DNA from: Geminocystis sp. NIES-3709
GTDB lineage: Bacteria; Cyanobacteriota; Cyanobacteriia; Cyanobacteriales; Cyanobacteriaceae
Assembly (NCBI RefSeq): GCF_001548115.1
Contig: NZ_AP014821.1
Span: forward strand, 1,707,262 to 1,739,261
Length of the DNA stretch: 32,000 nt
Reading direction: 5' to 3'
Made by a program: the position numbers and the translations under genes. Shown here piece by piece: positions 10,423-20,220 of the stretch (position 1 is the first letter of the stretch; every line of letters begins with the position of its first letter). The notes under the pieces were generated by a model that was given only the letters and a program-made list of their open reading frames with translations, searched no databases and was not told the DNA's origin.

Positions 10423-11031
10423 ATGAAAGTCATCAATAAAAAAAGGTGTAAATATATGACGGCAATGATATTACGAGACGCATTTTCTTTAACAACATTG
10501 AAACAACACCAAGCTATATACCAAAAACGTTCATTATTACCTCTACGCAAAGATGGTTTTTGGCAAATTCAATCGGGAATTGTTCGGACTTTCCGTTGGC
10601 TTGATGATGGCACAGTGGTTGTTTTTGGATTATGGGGAGAAGGAGATATAATTTCCCCTTTGGTTTCTAAAGTTAATTCTTTCAGAATACAATGTATCAC
10701 TGATGTCAAAGTTAGTTACTTATCTTTACATCAACAAACAGAAATTAATCAAGGCTTAATCAATCAAGCTCAAGAATTACAAGAATTAATGGCTATAAAA
10801 CATTATCGTCCTGTGAATGAAGCCTTAGTGCAACTACTGAGATGGTTAGGTAATAAGTTTGGTCAACAGAGGAAAAATGGTATTTTAATTGATGTCCGAT
10901 TAACTCATCAAGAAATAGCAGAAACTATTGGTACAACTAGAGTTACTGTTACTAGGTTATTAACATTATTTCAACAAAAAGGTCTGATCGATCGACCCAA
11001 TAAACATACAATTATCTTAAAAGACATTTGA
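10423..11031 (+). CDS. Crp/Fnr family transcriptional regulator
   Basis: It has an N-terminal beta-roll-like region and a C-terminal HTH, LTHQEIAETIGTTRVTVTRLL. An alternative start lies at ATG 10456. Confidence 0.8.
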   Translation: MKVINKKRCKYMTAMILRDAFSLTTLKQHQAIYQKRSLLPLRKDGFWQIQSGIVRTFRWLDDGTVVVFGLWGEGDIISPLVSKVNSFRIQCITDVKVSYLSLHQQTEINQGLINQAQELQELMAIKHYRPVNEALVQLLRWLGNKFGQQRKNGILIDVRLTHQEIAETIGTTRVTVTRLLTLFQQKGLIDRPNKHTIILKDI

Positions 11032-11218
11032 AAAAATATTAAGAAACAATTACAATTGCTATTTAATTGCTTTTTAGACTAAAATAAACTAAAATTATTT
11101 TATAAATAGAAAAAACTAATTACTTCTAAAAATAAAATAACGTAAAATTATAGTACATAGAAAATCAGAAAAATACATTCTTTGATTTCTTGTAAATAAC
11201 CTTATAGATTAGGAGAAA

Positions 11219-11839
11219 ATGATGAAAAAATTAAAAGTTTGGCTAGTAAGTTTGTTGTGCATTGCAACTTTTTTAATTGCATCTCCAGTTTTAGCCGATA
11301 GAATCGCCGAAAAAAGTCCAGATTATCCCATTGTGGTAGAGAATTTGAATGCTTTATTGACTCTAAAATCAGATCCTCAACAAACAGAATATACTCCAGA
11401 AGAATTAAAACAGGCTATTAGCGAATTAGAATTTCAAAAATATGTTTTAGAAACCTCTGAAGATTGGGGAATTTGCCGTAATGAAACGGGAAAAAATCTT
11501 GCCATTTACGCACGTAATCAAAAAAAAGCAACTCCTAATACTCTATTTTACTTAGGTGATGGGCAGGAAACTGATGATAATTGGGACTGTGAAGCCGTTT
11601 ATATTCCTAACGATGTTAATGTCGCATCTTTAGAACTTCCTGATGGTCAACCATCGGCAGTTAGAATTCTTGACGGTACAAATTTAACCATCAGTACTAA
11701 TCCTGACACGGGAGAATTATTACTAGATGCTCCTTCTGCCTTAATTGAAGTCGTTGATGCCACTGATACAACCTTGTCAATTCCTAATGTGACTCAAACA
11801 GAAATTGATGCACAAGTAGCTAATGCACCTATTGATTAA
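11219..11839 (+). CDS. Secreted hypothetical protein
   Basis: The N-terminus is signal-peptide-like (MMKKLKVWLVSLLCIATFLIASPVLA|D). The mature part is acidic and has two Cys residues. I recognise no family. Confidence 0.5.
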   Translation: MMKKLKVWLVSLLCIATFLIASPVLADRIAEKSPDYPIVVENLNALLTLKSDPQQTEYTPEELKQAISELEFQKYVLETSEDWGICRNETGKNLAIYARNQKKATPNTLFYLGDGQETDDNWDCEAVYIPNDVNVASLELPDGQPSAVRILDGTNLTISTNPDTGELLLDAPSALIEVVDATDTTLSIPNVTQTEIDAQVANAPID

Positions 11840-11984
11840 TCATAGCTTTTTCCTCTTGCACAATTACAGAATAATTAAAAAACTTTTCTTTGTGTCTTTG
11901 CACCTTTGCGAAAGATTTCTAATTCTTTAATAATGCAATAAATAATACTTTTTGAGGACTAAGCTCTGACGATGAACTTTTGTC

Positions 11985-12005
11985 GAGGGTTTATCCCTCT
12001 TTTTT
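11985..12005 (+). terminator. Candidate Rho-independent terminator
   Basis: GAGGG-tttat-CCCTC is followed by TTTTTT. It lies 145 nt after the stop of the 11219-11839 ORF and 25 nt before the LysR start. Confidence 0.5.
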
Positions 12006-12029
12006 AATCTTAAATTTTATGTTTAAAAT

Positions 12030-12974
12030 ATGGCACAAATGACGTTGGATCAATTGCGGGTATTCCTTGCCGTTGCTGAACATTTACACTTTACCCGTGC
12101 CGCTGATACTTTATATATTACTCAACCTGCCGTTAGTGCGGCTATTCAAAATTTAGAAACAGAATATGGTGTCAAGTTATTTCATCGTTTAGGGCGACAT
12201 ATTGAAATTACGGAAGCTGGAGAATTATTAAAATTAGAAGCACTTAAAATTTTAGATCAAGTAGCATTAACGGAAAGAGCATTAAAAGAATTAAATAATT
12301 TACAAAGAGGAGAGTTAAAAATTGGTTCTAGTTTAACTATTGGTAATTATTGGTTGCCCGAAAAAATTAGTCATTTTCAGCGCAATTATCCTCAAATTAG
12401 TATTAATTGTACTCTAGCAAATAGTGAAGAAATTTGTTTAGGAACTGAAGCGGGAAAATTTGATTTAGGCTTAATTGAAGGAGAAGTAAAATCCAGTTTT
12501 AATGATATTTTACACCAAGAAGAAATTGGTAGCGATCGACTATTAGTTATTGTGGGCAGACAACATCCTTGGTTTAAACAAGAAAAAATAAAATTGACTG
12601 AATTAAAAAATACGGATTGGATTATGAGAGAATCGGGATCAGGTACACAGCAAAGGTTAGAAGAAGCTTTAATTAAGTGGGGAATTAACCCGAAAATATT
12701 AAAAACCACCTTAATTTTAAATACAGGGGAGATGATTAAAGCAATTTTAGAAGATACTCAATGTGCGGCGGGAATATCAGAATTAATGGTTAAAAAAGAG
12801 ATTGAATTAGGTACTTTAAAAGCTGTTAAAATTATAGACGATCGAGGGTTATCAATAACTGAACAAAAGAAAAAAAACTTAGAATTGGATATGATTAGAC
12901 CATTTTTAAAAATTAAACATAGTGAGCGTTTTCAAACACGAATTTCACAAGTTTTTGAAAAAATTTTATCTTGA
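12030..12974 (+). CDS. LysR family transcriptional regulator
   Basis: The N-terminal HTH is LDQLRVFLAVAEHLHFTRAADTLYITQPAVSAAIQNLE. A LysR substrate-binding-domain-sized C-terminus follows. Confidence 0.9.
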   Translation: MAQMTLDQLRVFLAVAEHLHFTRAADTLYITQPAVSAAIQNLETEYGVKLFHRLGRHIEITEAGELLKLEALKILDQVALTERALKELNNLQRGELKIGSSLTIGNYWLPEKISHFQRNYPQISINCTLANSEEICLGTEAGKFDLGLIEGEVKSSFNDILHQEEIGSDRLLVIVGRQHPWFKQEKIKLTELKNTDWIMRESGSGTQQRLEEALIKWGINPKILKTTLILNTGEMIKAILEDTQCAAGISELMVKKEIELGTLKAVKIIDDRGLSITEQKKKNLELDMIRPFLKIKHSERFQTRISQVFEKILS

Positions 12975-13118
12975 ACAGAGATTTTTTAAGGTGAATATTA
13001 CTCATCTTTTATTTAATTTATGCTTTTCTCCAAATCTTAACATCATGTAAGTCACTATATTTTTTCTGAGTTTCCATTAAATCACGTACGGAATCATTTA
13101 CGATCGTTATAGTTAATC

Positions 13119-13340
13119 TTAATTATTATCCCATTTTTCTGGTTGCATTAAATCAATAAGATGATCTCTGAGTAAGTAACCATTCAACTCTAATTCGATT
13201 TCTATTTTATGCCATTCTCTAGCAGGAATAAAATTACAAATAGTATAAATTGGTTGTTGGCGACTTAATAATCCTTTTTTTACTAACTGACGTACTTTTT
13301 GTTTAAGAGAATTTATGGAATAATTTAATTGTATATTCAT
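13119..13340 (-). CDS. Small hypothetical protein (73 aa), paralog of the 17610-17828 ORF
   Basis: The ORF has no recognised family. It aligns with the second small ORF through LKQKV..LV, EW, EL, G, D, DL and a C-terminal EKWD. Confidence 0.45.
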   Translation of the reverse strand: MNIQLNYSINSLKQKVRQLVKKGLLSRQQPIYTICNFIPAREWHKIEIELELNGYLLRDHLIDLMQPEKWDNN

Positions 13341-13931
13341 AAGAATTTTTGGGGTAAAGTAGATAATAATTACAGTTTTTTTTTGGAAAAACGATCAATT
13401 TTTGAACGAATAATGTAAGGAAATAATTAAAATATTGATAATATAACTAACTTTTTCAACAAGATTTGATAGATTTTAAAAATTTTATAATTGAGGTTGC
13501 AGTGGCGATCGATCTTAAAACTAAATTCTAATAATTAAAAATGAGAATAAAATGATATTGAAACTTAAGTCTGATTTTTATTATCTCTCATGAAAAGATA
13601 TTTGTTGAAAAAAATAAATAATCTTAATATTTTCTTAAACTTATATTCTTACTAACGGTACTTTGAAAAATTTTGGTGCAAAAATAGCTTCAAATACAGT
13701 CAGAGTAAGGGATTTAGGTAAACGCCATAAAAACGGCTGAAACTCTTGGTATAAAAGGAAAAGTTATCGTGCGCTCTGCGTGCCTTTGGCATCGATGTAA
13801 AATTTTTGATTTATAAGGATTTGAGACTTATAGTTTAATATTTTTAGTTTAAGTACCGCTAAAGCACTTTTTCAGCAACTCCTAAATTATGTGTAAAATT
13901 AAGAAAATCTAATTGGAAAAATCTAACAGTC

Positions 13932-14801
13932 ATGAGTAAAAGAGCATTATTGTTAATTAACCGTCATTCTCGAAAAGGAGAAAAGTCTTTACCGTTAGCC
14001 GTAGAATATTTTTATGCCCATGATATGGAATTGATTATTAAACCAGTTAAACATCCCGATGAATTAGGGATGGTGGTGAGAGAATATCAGAATCAGATAG
14101 ATTTCGTAATTGTAGGAGGAGGCGATGGTACTCTTAATGCTGTAGTAGATAGTTTAGTTGAGACTAATTTACCATTAGGTATCTTACCATTAGGCACTGC
14201 AAATGATTTAGCCCGTACTCTAAATCTACCTCTAACCATGAAAGAGGCTTGTGATGTTATCGGAAAAGGAAAAACTAAGTCCATCGATTTAGGATGGGTT
14301 AATGGTAAATATTTTTTTAATGTTGCTAGTATGGGGTTAAGTGTCGATATTACGGAAAAACTGTCGAGAGGGGTAAAACGTCGATGGGGAATTTTAGCCT
14401 ACGGCATCACTGCGTTACAAGTTATTGGCTCTACTCGTCCTTTTCGGGCTACTATTAAGGTTGATGGTCAATGTTTTCCCATTAAAACTATTCAAATTGC
14501 GATCGGTAATGGTAGATATTACGGTGGTGGTATGGCGATCGCCAACGATGCAGCTATTGACGATCAAAGACTTGATTTATATAGTATCGAATTAGAACAC
14601 TGGTGGCAGATTTTTCCTTTAATTTGGCATTTACCTAAAGGAGAACATCATCAGTTAAACTGGGTAAGAAGTATTGAAGGCAAATTGATCGAAGTTTATA
14701 CTCACGACTCTTATAATATTAATACTGACGGTGAAATAACTACTATCACTCCAGCTAAATTTAAAGTTATTCCCCATGCCTTAAAGGTTTTTGTGTTATA
14801 A
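13932..14801 (+). CDS. Lipid kinase, YegS/BmrU/diacylglycerol-kinase catalytic-domain family
   Basis: It has the DAGK catalytic motif VIVGGGDGTLN and LGILPLGTANDLAR. Confidence 0.85.
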   Translation: MSKRALLLINRHSRKGEKSLPLAVEYFYAHDMELIIKPVKHPDELGMVVREYQNQIDFVIVGGGDGTLNAVVDSLVETNLPLGILPLGTANDLARTLNLPLTMKEACDVIGKGKTKSIDLGWVNGKYFFNVASMGLSVDITEKLSRGVKRRWGILAYGITALQVIGSTRPFRATIKVDGQCFPIKTIQIAIGNGRYYGGGMAIANDAAIDDQRLDLYSIELEHWWQIFPLIWHLPKGEHHQLNWVRSIEGKLIEVYTHDSYNINTDGEITTITPAKFKVIPHALKVFVL

Positions 14802-14928
14802 ATTCAGTAGATAAAAAATTTCTTGATGAAATGTGGTATTGAACAAGGATTTCGATATTAGTTTTTACATTAATATTTCTATCATGTTCTTACAAGAATT
14901 AAGGAAAAAATGATGATAAAAGTAGATT

Positions 14929-14977
14929 TTCCTAATTTCTAATTTCCAATTCCTAACTCCGAATCTCTAATTACTTA
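14929..14977. repeat. Degenerate heptanucleotide tandem repeat (about 7 units, TTYCTAA-like)
   Basis: The units read ttcctaa|tttctaa|tttccaa|ttcctaa|ctccgaa|tctctaa|ttactta. The repeat overlaps the stop codon of the MFS gene. Confidence 0.6.
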
Positions 14978-16329
14978 ACGGCATATAAATCTTCTACATA
15001 ACCTAAGGCAAAACGCCATGAATTAGGTATATCTTTGTTAGAAAAACCCATAAAAACGATTAAAGCTATTATTGCGAAAATGGCAGTTACCGCAAATAAA
15101 AATCGATAACCTAAGTCTAATAATAAACTACCTAATACTGGCCCACCTAATGCAACTCCCACATCAAAACCACTGACACAAATTGCAAAAACTTTTCCTC
15201 TTTCTGTGGCACTGCACCTATCGGAAATTAAAGCTAAAATAATTGGCACTAACATTCCTGCTCCAGTTCCTTCCAATAAAGCAGATAATAGTAAAATATT
15301 GCTATTATGGGCAAATGTCAGTAAACTCATGGAAAAGATATAGCACACTATACTGATACTAATAAAAATTCCCCTACCATATCGATCGGATGCTTGTCCT
15401 GAAATAAACCGAACTACAAAAGATGCGATCGCGGCTACTGTATAAAAATAACCCACATTGAAATCAAGACCAATATATCGTAAATAAAGAGGTAAAAATG
15501 TTACTAATGTACCGAATAAAGAACCAATAAGTAAAAGAATAAGACTAGGTACTAGAAAAGAAGCATTTGATATTATTTGTTTAAAAGTTCTATCTTTTTG
15601 TTTATCTCGTTTAAGACGAATAGAATCTCTTTTATGGTTTTGAGAAAAATCAAACTCTCGAATTTGAGTAGCTAAAATAAAAGCTAAAACACCACAACTA
15701 GCAGACACAGAAAATAGTATTCCGTAGTTAGTATATTCTTGTAAGAAACCTCCCACAGCAGGGCCAAAAGCCATACCAATCGGTACAGCTAAACTCATAT
15801 AACCGATTAATTCCCCTCGTTGTTTTTGTGGAGACAAATCTACCACTAAAGCACTATAACCAGTAGTAAAAGCCGCAATACTAACCCCATGAAAAGCACG
15901 AATTACCATCAACTCAGGTAAAGAATTTAAGAGAAAATAGCCAATGGGTGCGAAAGTTGCCACTAAAGTACCAATAATTATCACGACTTTTCGACTAGGA
16001 TAATCAACTAATTTACCGATAAATCGACGAAAAAAGCGAACAGAAAAATTGATGATTGCCGAATTTATATTTACACCTCTGATTAACTGACTTAATCCCT
16101 CATCTGCTAATTTTCCCAACCAAACTCTTGATAATAATAAACCAATAGCAAAACACCCCATCACATAACCCACTTGTTTTGCCGTAGCGCCAATGTCTTG
16201 AATATAAGCTGGTAAAGTGGGTAATAAACAGGTTATGCTTGTCCAGAAAAATAATGCACAGAAAAATAAGATTAATAGATTGATTAATTTGCTTTTTTCC
16301 AAACTTTGAAAGGTTTTCAGAAAATTCAC
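14971..16329 (-). CDS. MFS transporter
   Basis: This 452-aa polytopic protein has about 12 TM helices and the MFS motif-A-like GQASDRYGRG. Confidence 0.85.
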   Translation of the reverse strand: MNFLKTFQSLEKSKLINLLILFFCALFFWTSITCLLPTLPAYIQDIGATAKQVGYVMGCFAIGLLLSRVWLGKLADEGLSQLIRGVNINSAIINFSVRFFRRFIGKLVDYPSRKVVIIIGTLVATFAPIGYFLLNSLPELMVIRAFHGVSIAAFTTGYSALVVDLSPQKQRGELIGYMSLAVPIGMAFGPAVGGFLQEYTNYGILFSVSASCGVLAFILATQIREFDFSQNHKRDSIRLKRDKQKDRTFKQIISNASFLVPSLILLLIGSLFGTLVTFLPLYLRYIGLDFNVGYFYTVAAIASFVVRFISGQASDRYGRGIFISISIVCYIFSMSLLTFAHNSNILLLSALLEGTGAGMLVPIILALISDRCSATERGKVFAICVSGFDVGVALGGPVLGSLLLDLGYRFLFAVTAIFAIIALIVFMGFSNKDIPNSWRFALGYVEDLYAVK

Positions 16330-16447
16330 GATGATGAAGACGATTCCATTGTTACAAAACTTTATATTCTATTGTAGAAATTAAAAAACAGTTTTAACAA
16401 ATTAAAAGAAAATTAACCCAACAAAATTTTTAGGATAATCTAAGGAT

Positions 16448-17176
16448 TTATCTCAAACAAGTAAATAATTCCAACACTTTTTCCCATGCGTCTTTTGCCG
16501 ATTCTTTGTGATAACTTGATCTTCGATCGCAAAAAAAGCCATGATCTGCATTAGAATAACGAAATATTTGATGAGGAATATTATACTTTTGTAACTCTGT
16601 TTCAATAAGATCAATATCTTCTTGGGGGATACTAAGATCTTTTTCTCCAAAGAAACCATAAATTTTGCCTTTTATATCTTTTGTCCGAGTAATTGTGGAA
16701 TTTTTGTCATTAGGACACCAACTAGGAATTCCAGCCCCATAAAATGAGGCTACCGCTTTGATGTCAGGCAAAGTTGCTGTTAAATATGTTACATGACCAC
16801 CAAAACAAAACCCAATACTGCCGACACCTGTTTTCTTGACATTAGGTAATTGATATAAGTAATCGATCGTAGCTTGTATATCACTTAATAATTCATCAGC
16901 TTTCGTCTGATTTTTATAAACTCTACCAATTTCTATATCTTCAGAACTATATCCTACCGCAAAATTCGGTGCTTGACGTTGATAAATAGCCGGTGCGATC
17001 GCAATATAACCTTCTTTAGCAATGCGACAAGTAACATCTTTAATATGATCATTGACTCCAAAGATTTCTTGGATAACGATCACCGCAGGTATGATTTCTG
17101 TAGTTTCTGGTTCAGCTAAAAACCCTTGAATCAATAAATCTCCACTAATATTAACAGTAGAAGTAGTAACATTCAT
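16448..17176 (-). CDS. Dienelactone hydrolase family protein
   Basis: It has the nucleophile elbow GFCFGG and a C-terminal ADHGF His motif. The ORF extends to 17251, but ATG 17176 (MNVTTST...) is the likelier start. Confidence 0.85.
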   Translation of the reverse strand: MNVTTSTVNISGDLLIQGFLAEPETTEIIPAVIVIQEIFGVNDHIKDVTCRIAKEGYIAIAPAIYQRQAPNFAVGYSSEDIEIGRVYKNQTKADELLSDIQATIDYLYQLPNVKKTGVGSIGFCFGGHVTYLTATLPDIKAVASFYGAGIPSWCPNDKNSTITRTKDIKGKIYGFFGEKDLSIPQEDIDLIETELQKYNIPHQIFRYSNADHGFFCDRRSSYHKESAKDAWEKVLELFTCLR

Positions 17177-17526
17177 AAAAAAGGTATTAGGTGTTAGGTG
17201 GTAGATATTATAGCGTTTCTCATGGTTACGGGGTACAAAAATAAAATTCAAGTTTCCCTAATTAAAGGATTTGAGCGTACCTCATAAGGGTAGAAATTGC
17301 TATAGGTTAAATTAAAACTCTTAATTTATAACAAACAATTGTATTTTTTTAATACTTAAAACTAGATAAACTAAGGTTTATATCGATTACTTTCTAGTAA
17401 TTTATAATAACTACTGTAGAATAGGTATTATTATACGAGAGAAAATAACAATAAACTATATTAATTTAACGATTTCGAGATTAAAATTGATTTAATTTTA
17501 AAATTCGATCGATGTTTAATAATAAA

Positions 17527-17560
17527 AGGACAAATAAAATTAAAGAGAAATAATTGTCCT
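17527..17560 (-). terminator. Possible terminator hairpin downstream of the small ORF
   Basis: A 7-bp stem AGGACAA/TTGTCCT encloses a 20-nt loop. On the minus strand it is followed by TTTATTATT. It lies 50 nt after the stop at 17610. Confidence 0.3.
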
Positions 17561-17609
17561 TAAATTTTTCTTGGCATAGTATGTTACAATTTTAATACTA
17601 TTTGGGAGA

Positions 17610-17828
17610 TTATTCATCCCATTTTTCTACTACAAGTAAATCACTTACAGGATCTTGCATAGAAAATCCAAAAGCCAATAACTCTGACTTTAAAAAAGAC
17701 CATTCATTACCAAATAATAACGCTACTTTACCGATGCTATCATTAGGTTGAATAATCTGTGAATTGACAAGAGAGGATACTTTTTGTTGCAACTTCACCA
17801 TAGGGTGAATGACTTGCTTTGTAGGCAT
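17610..17828 (-). CDS. Small hypothetical protein (~72 aa), paralog of the 13119-13340 ORF
   Basis: The ORF opens at 17879, but ATG 17828 (MPTKQV...) gives a length matching its paralog. Shared blocks are LQQKV..LV, EW, EL, G, D, DL and EKWD. Confidence 0.45.
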   Translation of the reverse strand: MPTKQVIHPMVKLQQKVSSLVNSQIIQPNDSIGKVALLFGNEWSFLKSELLAFGFSMQDPVSDLLVVEKWDE

Positions 17829-18081
17829 AAAGTTTTTTACTTTTACTAAAACTATAATATATGGTTGAAAGAATAGCATTATTATCCTGCACCCATAAAA
17901 CGAGAAAGCATTAAACTATCTACAGGTTCTGAGAAAATCTCGTTTAGGAGGGATTTTTTGCCAATAGAATTATGAGCAACGGTGAATAGAAAGTTATTGC
18001 TAAACTCTAATATACATCATAATAGCATATTTTGTTAAAATTTGATCTGCACCTTCCGTCAATTATCAATTTTTCAAAAAA

Positions 18082-18783
18082 ATGTCTTTTTCTCCCAATT
18101 CTCAACAAATTAAAACTCTTTTTAATCAAATTGCACCAGTTTATGATCAAATGAATGATGGATTGAGTTTTGGTATTCATCATATTTGGAAGGCAATGAC
18201 AGTAAAATGGAGTAATCCTCCTTCTTCGGGAGTGGCATTAGATCTTTGTTGTGGTACTGGTGATCTAACTTTTTTAATGGCAAAACAGATGATAAAGGGT
18301 AAAGTTATTGGAGTCGATTTTTCCTCTCAATTGTTAGCAGAAGCTAAGATAAAACAAGCTCATAGATCCTTATCCAGTGAGATTGAATGGTTAGAAGAGG
18401 ATGTATTGAATTTGCCTTTTGATGATAATTATGTTGATTGTGCAACGATGGGTTATGGTTTAAGAAACGTAGTTAATATACCTGCGTGTTTGCGAGAAAT
18501 TAGACGAGTATTGAAACCTTTGGGAAAAGTGGCTATTTTAGATTTTCATAAACCGGAGGCGGATTGGGTAGCTAGTAGTCAAAAATGGTATTTAGATAAT
18601 GTTGTAGTAAGATTAGCGGATTTTTTGGGGATAGAAGCGGAATATGCTTATATTTATCCGAGTTTAGAGCGTTTTCCTGATGGTAAAACTCAAATTAATT
18701 TAGCTTTAGATGCTGGGTTTCAGGAGGCGGTACATTACCCTTTATTTGGTGGTATAATGGGAGTTCTGGTATTAACTAAATAG
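18082..18783 (+). CDS. menG: Demethylphylloquinone/demethylmenaquinone methyltransferase (UbiE/MenG family)
   Basis: It has the N-terminal FNQIAPVYDQMND block and the SAM-binding LDLCCGTGD motif of the UbiE/MenG family. Confidence 0.85.
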   Translation: MSFSPNSQQIKTLFNQIAPVYDQMNDGLSFGIHHIWKAMTVKWSNPPSSGVALDLCCGTGDLTFLMAKQMIKGKVIGVDFSSQLLAEAKIKQAHRSLSSEIEWLEEDVLNLPFDDNYVDCATMGYGLRNVVNIPACLREIRRVLKPLGKVAILDFHKPEADWVASSQKWYLDNVVVRLADFLGIEAEYAYIYPSLERFPDGKTQINLALDAGFQEAVHYPLFGGIMGVLVLTK

Positions 18784-18887
18784 TAGTTTAAAAAGTAAAA
18801 AAAGAGAAGATGAAAAGAAAATTAACGGTTAATAATCTTCTCCATATTTTGCTTCGTGAGTTTTGCATTTTTGCTTACTGAAATCTA

Positions 18888-18936
18888 ACTGCTGATAGCT
18901 GATAGCTGAATTTGTTCATTGTTCATTGTCATTGTT
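18888..18936. repeat. Heptanucleotide tandem repeats (CTGATAG x2-3, then TGTTCAT x2-3)
   Basis: The sequence reads aactg ctgatag ctgatag ctgaatt tgttcat tgttcat tgtcat tgtt. It ends immediately upstream of the DUF445 ATG at 18941. Confidence 0.6.
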
Positions 18937-18940
18937 AAGA

Positions 18941-20176
18941 ATGCCTTTAGAATTTAGTAATTGGTGGCAAATTATTCTCCCTCCTGTAACGGGTTCAATT
19001 ATAGGATATTTTACAAATGATTTAGCTATTAATATGCTATTTCGCCCCTATAAACCTTTATATTTTTTTCAGAAACAATTACCTTTTACACCCGGATTAA
19101 TTCCTCGTAATCAGGAAAGGTTAGCTCAAAAAGTTTCTGATACTATTATGAATTCTTTGCTGACTCCAGAAGAATTACAAAAATTAGCTAAAAGATTATT
19201 ACAAACTGAAAGAGTAAAAGGGGCTATTTTATGGTTATTACAGTTAGCTTTAAAGCAGATAAAAGAAGATAAAAAACAAAAAAGTGCAAAAATTTTAGCT
19301 GATATTTTAAGAGATTTAATAGGAGATTCTTTACCGAAATTATTAAAAGTTTTGGCGAGAAAAGATGACTTTTTACAAAATCAAATAGATCAAATTTTTG
19401 ACCGAATTTTATTAGAGTTTAAATTAACTGAACTTCAGGCTAGACAATTATCTGACTGGCTATTACAAGTTATTTTTGCCCCAGATTTGTTACGTCAGGC
19501 TTTAATTAATTTTTTAACCGATCGAAATATTAGTGTAATTGATGAGGGTTTTCGAGAAAAAACCAGTGGTACTTATTGGGTTGTGGCTAATTTATTTGGT
19601 GTAAAAAATGCCTTAAGTCGATTGCGCACTTTTTGCTTAGATGAACAAGAAATGGCTAATACAAGAATAAAAGAGTTACTTTTATCTTTGGAAATTAGAA
19701 ATAGATTAAAAGAGTTTTTTCTTAGTTTTTCTTTACAAAATTTACCTGTAGCAACGGTTAAACAATTACGACAAACTACCAATAAAGCTGTCAGAGATTA
19801 TCTACAGGAAAAAGGAGCAATTTTTTTACATGAATTTAGTACTTCGATCGATTGGGATAAAGTGTCAGTATTAATTATAAATCGTTTACAGGCTTCTATG
19901 GTAGTTAATAGTTCTTTAGGTTTAATTAGTGAAGAATTAGCTTTAATTTTAGAACGTTATTTAGAGGAAGATTTAGAGAAAATTGTAGCAGAAGCCATCC
20001 CTATTTTATCCATTGATCAAGTAATTATTGAGAGAATAAAAGCAACTTCTCCAGAGAATTTGGAAGAAGCAACTCAAAGTATTGTAAAGAGTGAATTACA
20101 AGCGATTGTTAATTTAGGTGGAATTTTAGGTTTTATTATTGGTGTTATACAAAGTTTGTTATTATTTCTCCGTTAA
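18941..20176 (+). CDS. DUF445 family membrane-associated protein
   Basis: The N-terminal block is [18 protein letters not shown] and there is a C-terminal TM helix. The ORF opens at TTG 18926 inside the repeat, so ATG 18941 is preferred. Confidence 0.7.
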   Translation: MPLEFSNWWQIILPPVTGSIIGYFTNDLAINMLFRPYKPLYFFQKQLPFTPGLIPRNQERLAQKVSDTIMNSLLTPEELQKLAKRLLQTERVKGAILWLLQLALKQIKEDKKQKSAKILADILRDLIGDSLPKLLKVLARKDDFLQNQIDQIFDRILLEFKLTELQARQLSDWLLQVIFAPDLLRQALINFLTDRNISVIDEGFREKTSGTYWVVANLFGVKNALSRLRTFCLDEQEMANTRIKELLLSLEIRNRLKEFFLSFSLQNLPVATVKQLRQTTNKAVRDYLQEKGAIFLHEFSTSIDWDKVSVLIINRLQASMVVNSSLGLISEELALILERYLEEDLEKIVAEAIPILSIDQVIIERIKATSPENLEEATQSIVKSELQAIVNLGGILGFIIGVIQSLLLFLR

Positions 20177-20220
20177 GCTAAATAATAGAAACTGATTTTA
20201 TTTTGAATTTTTGGAGAAGT

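Noticed and set aside
13654-13860. A MITE-like element suggested by the inverted 10-mers aacggtactt (13654-13663) and aagtaccgct (13851-13860).
   Set aside because: Only 9 of 10 bp pair, and complementarity does not extend in either direction. A rough estimate shows such a match within ~200 bp is expected by chance in a 590-bp AT-rich spacer. There is no target duplication.
17177-17251. N-terminal extensions of ORFs as given in the track: dienelactone hydrolase to 17251, the small ORF to 17879, the CadD-like gene to 10212 and the DUF445 gene to 18926.
   Set aside because: The extensions add non-conserved residues ahead of internal ATGs that give family-typical N-termini. For the small ORF, the internal ATG gives a length matching its paralog. 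The shorter starts are preferred but not proven.
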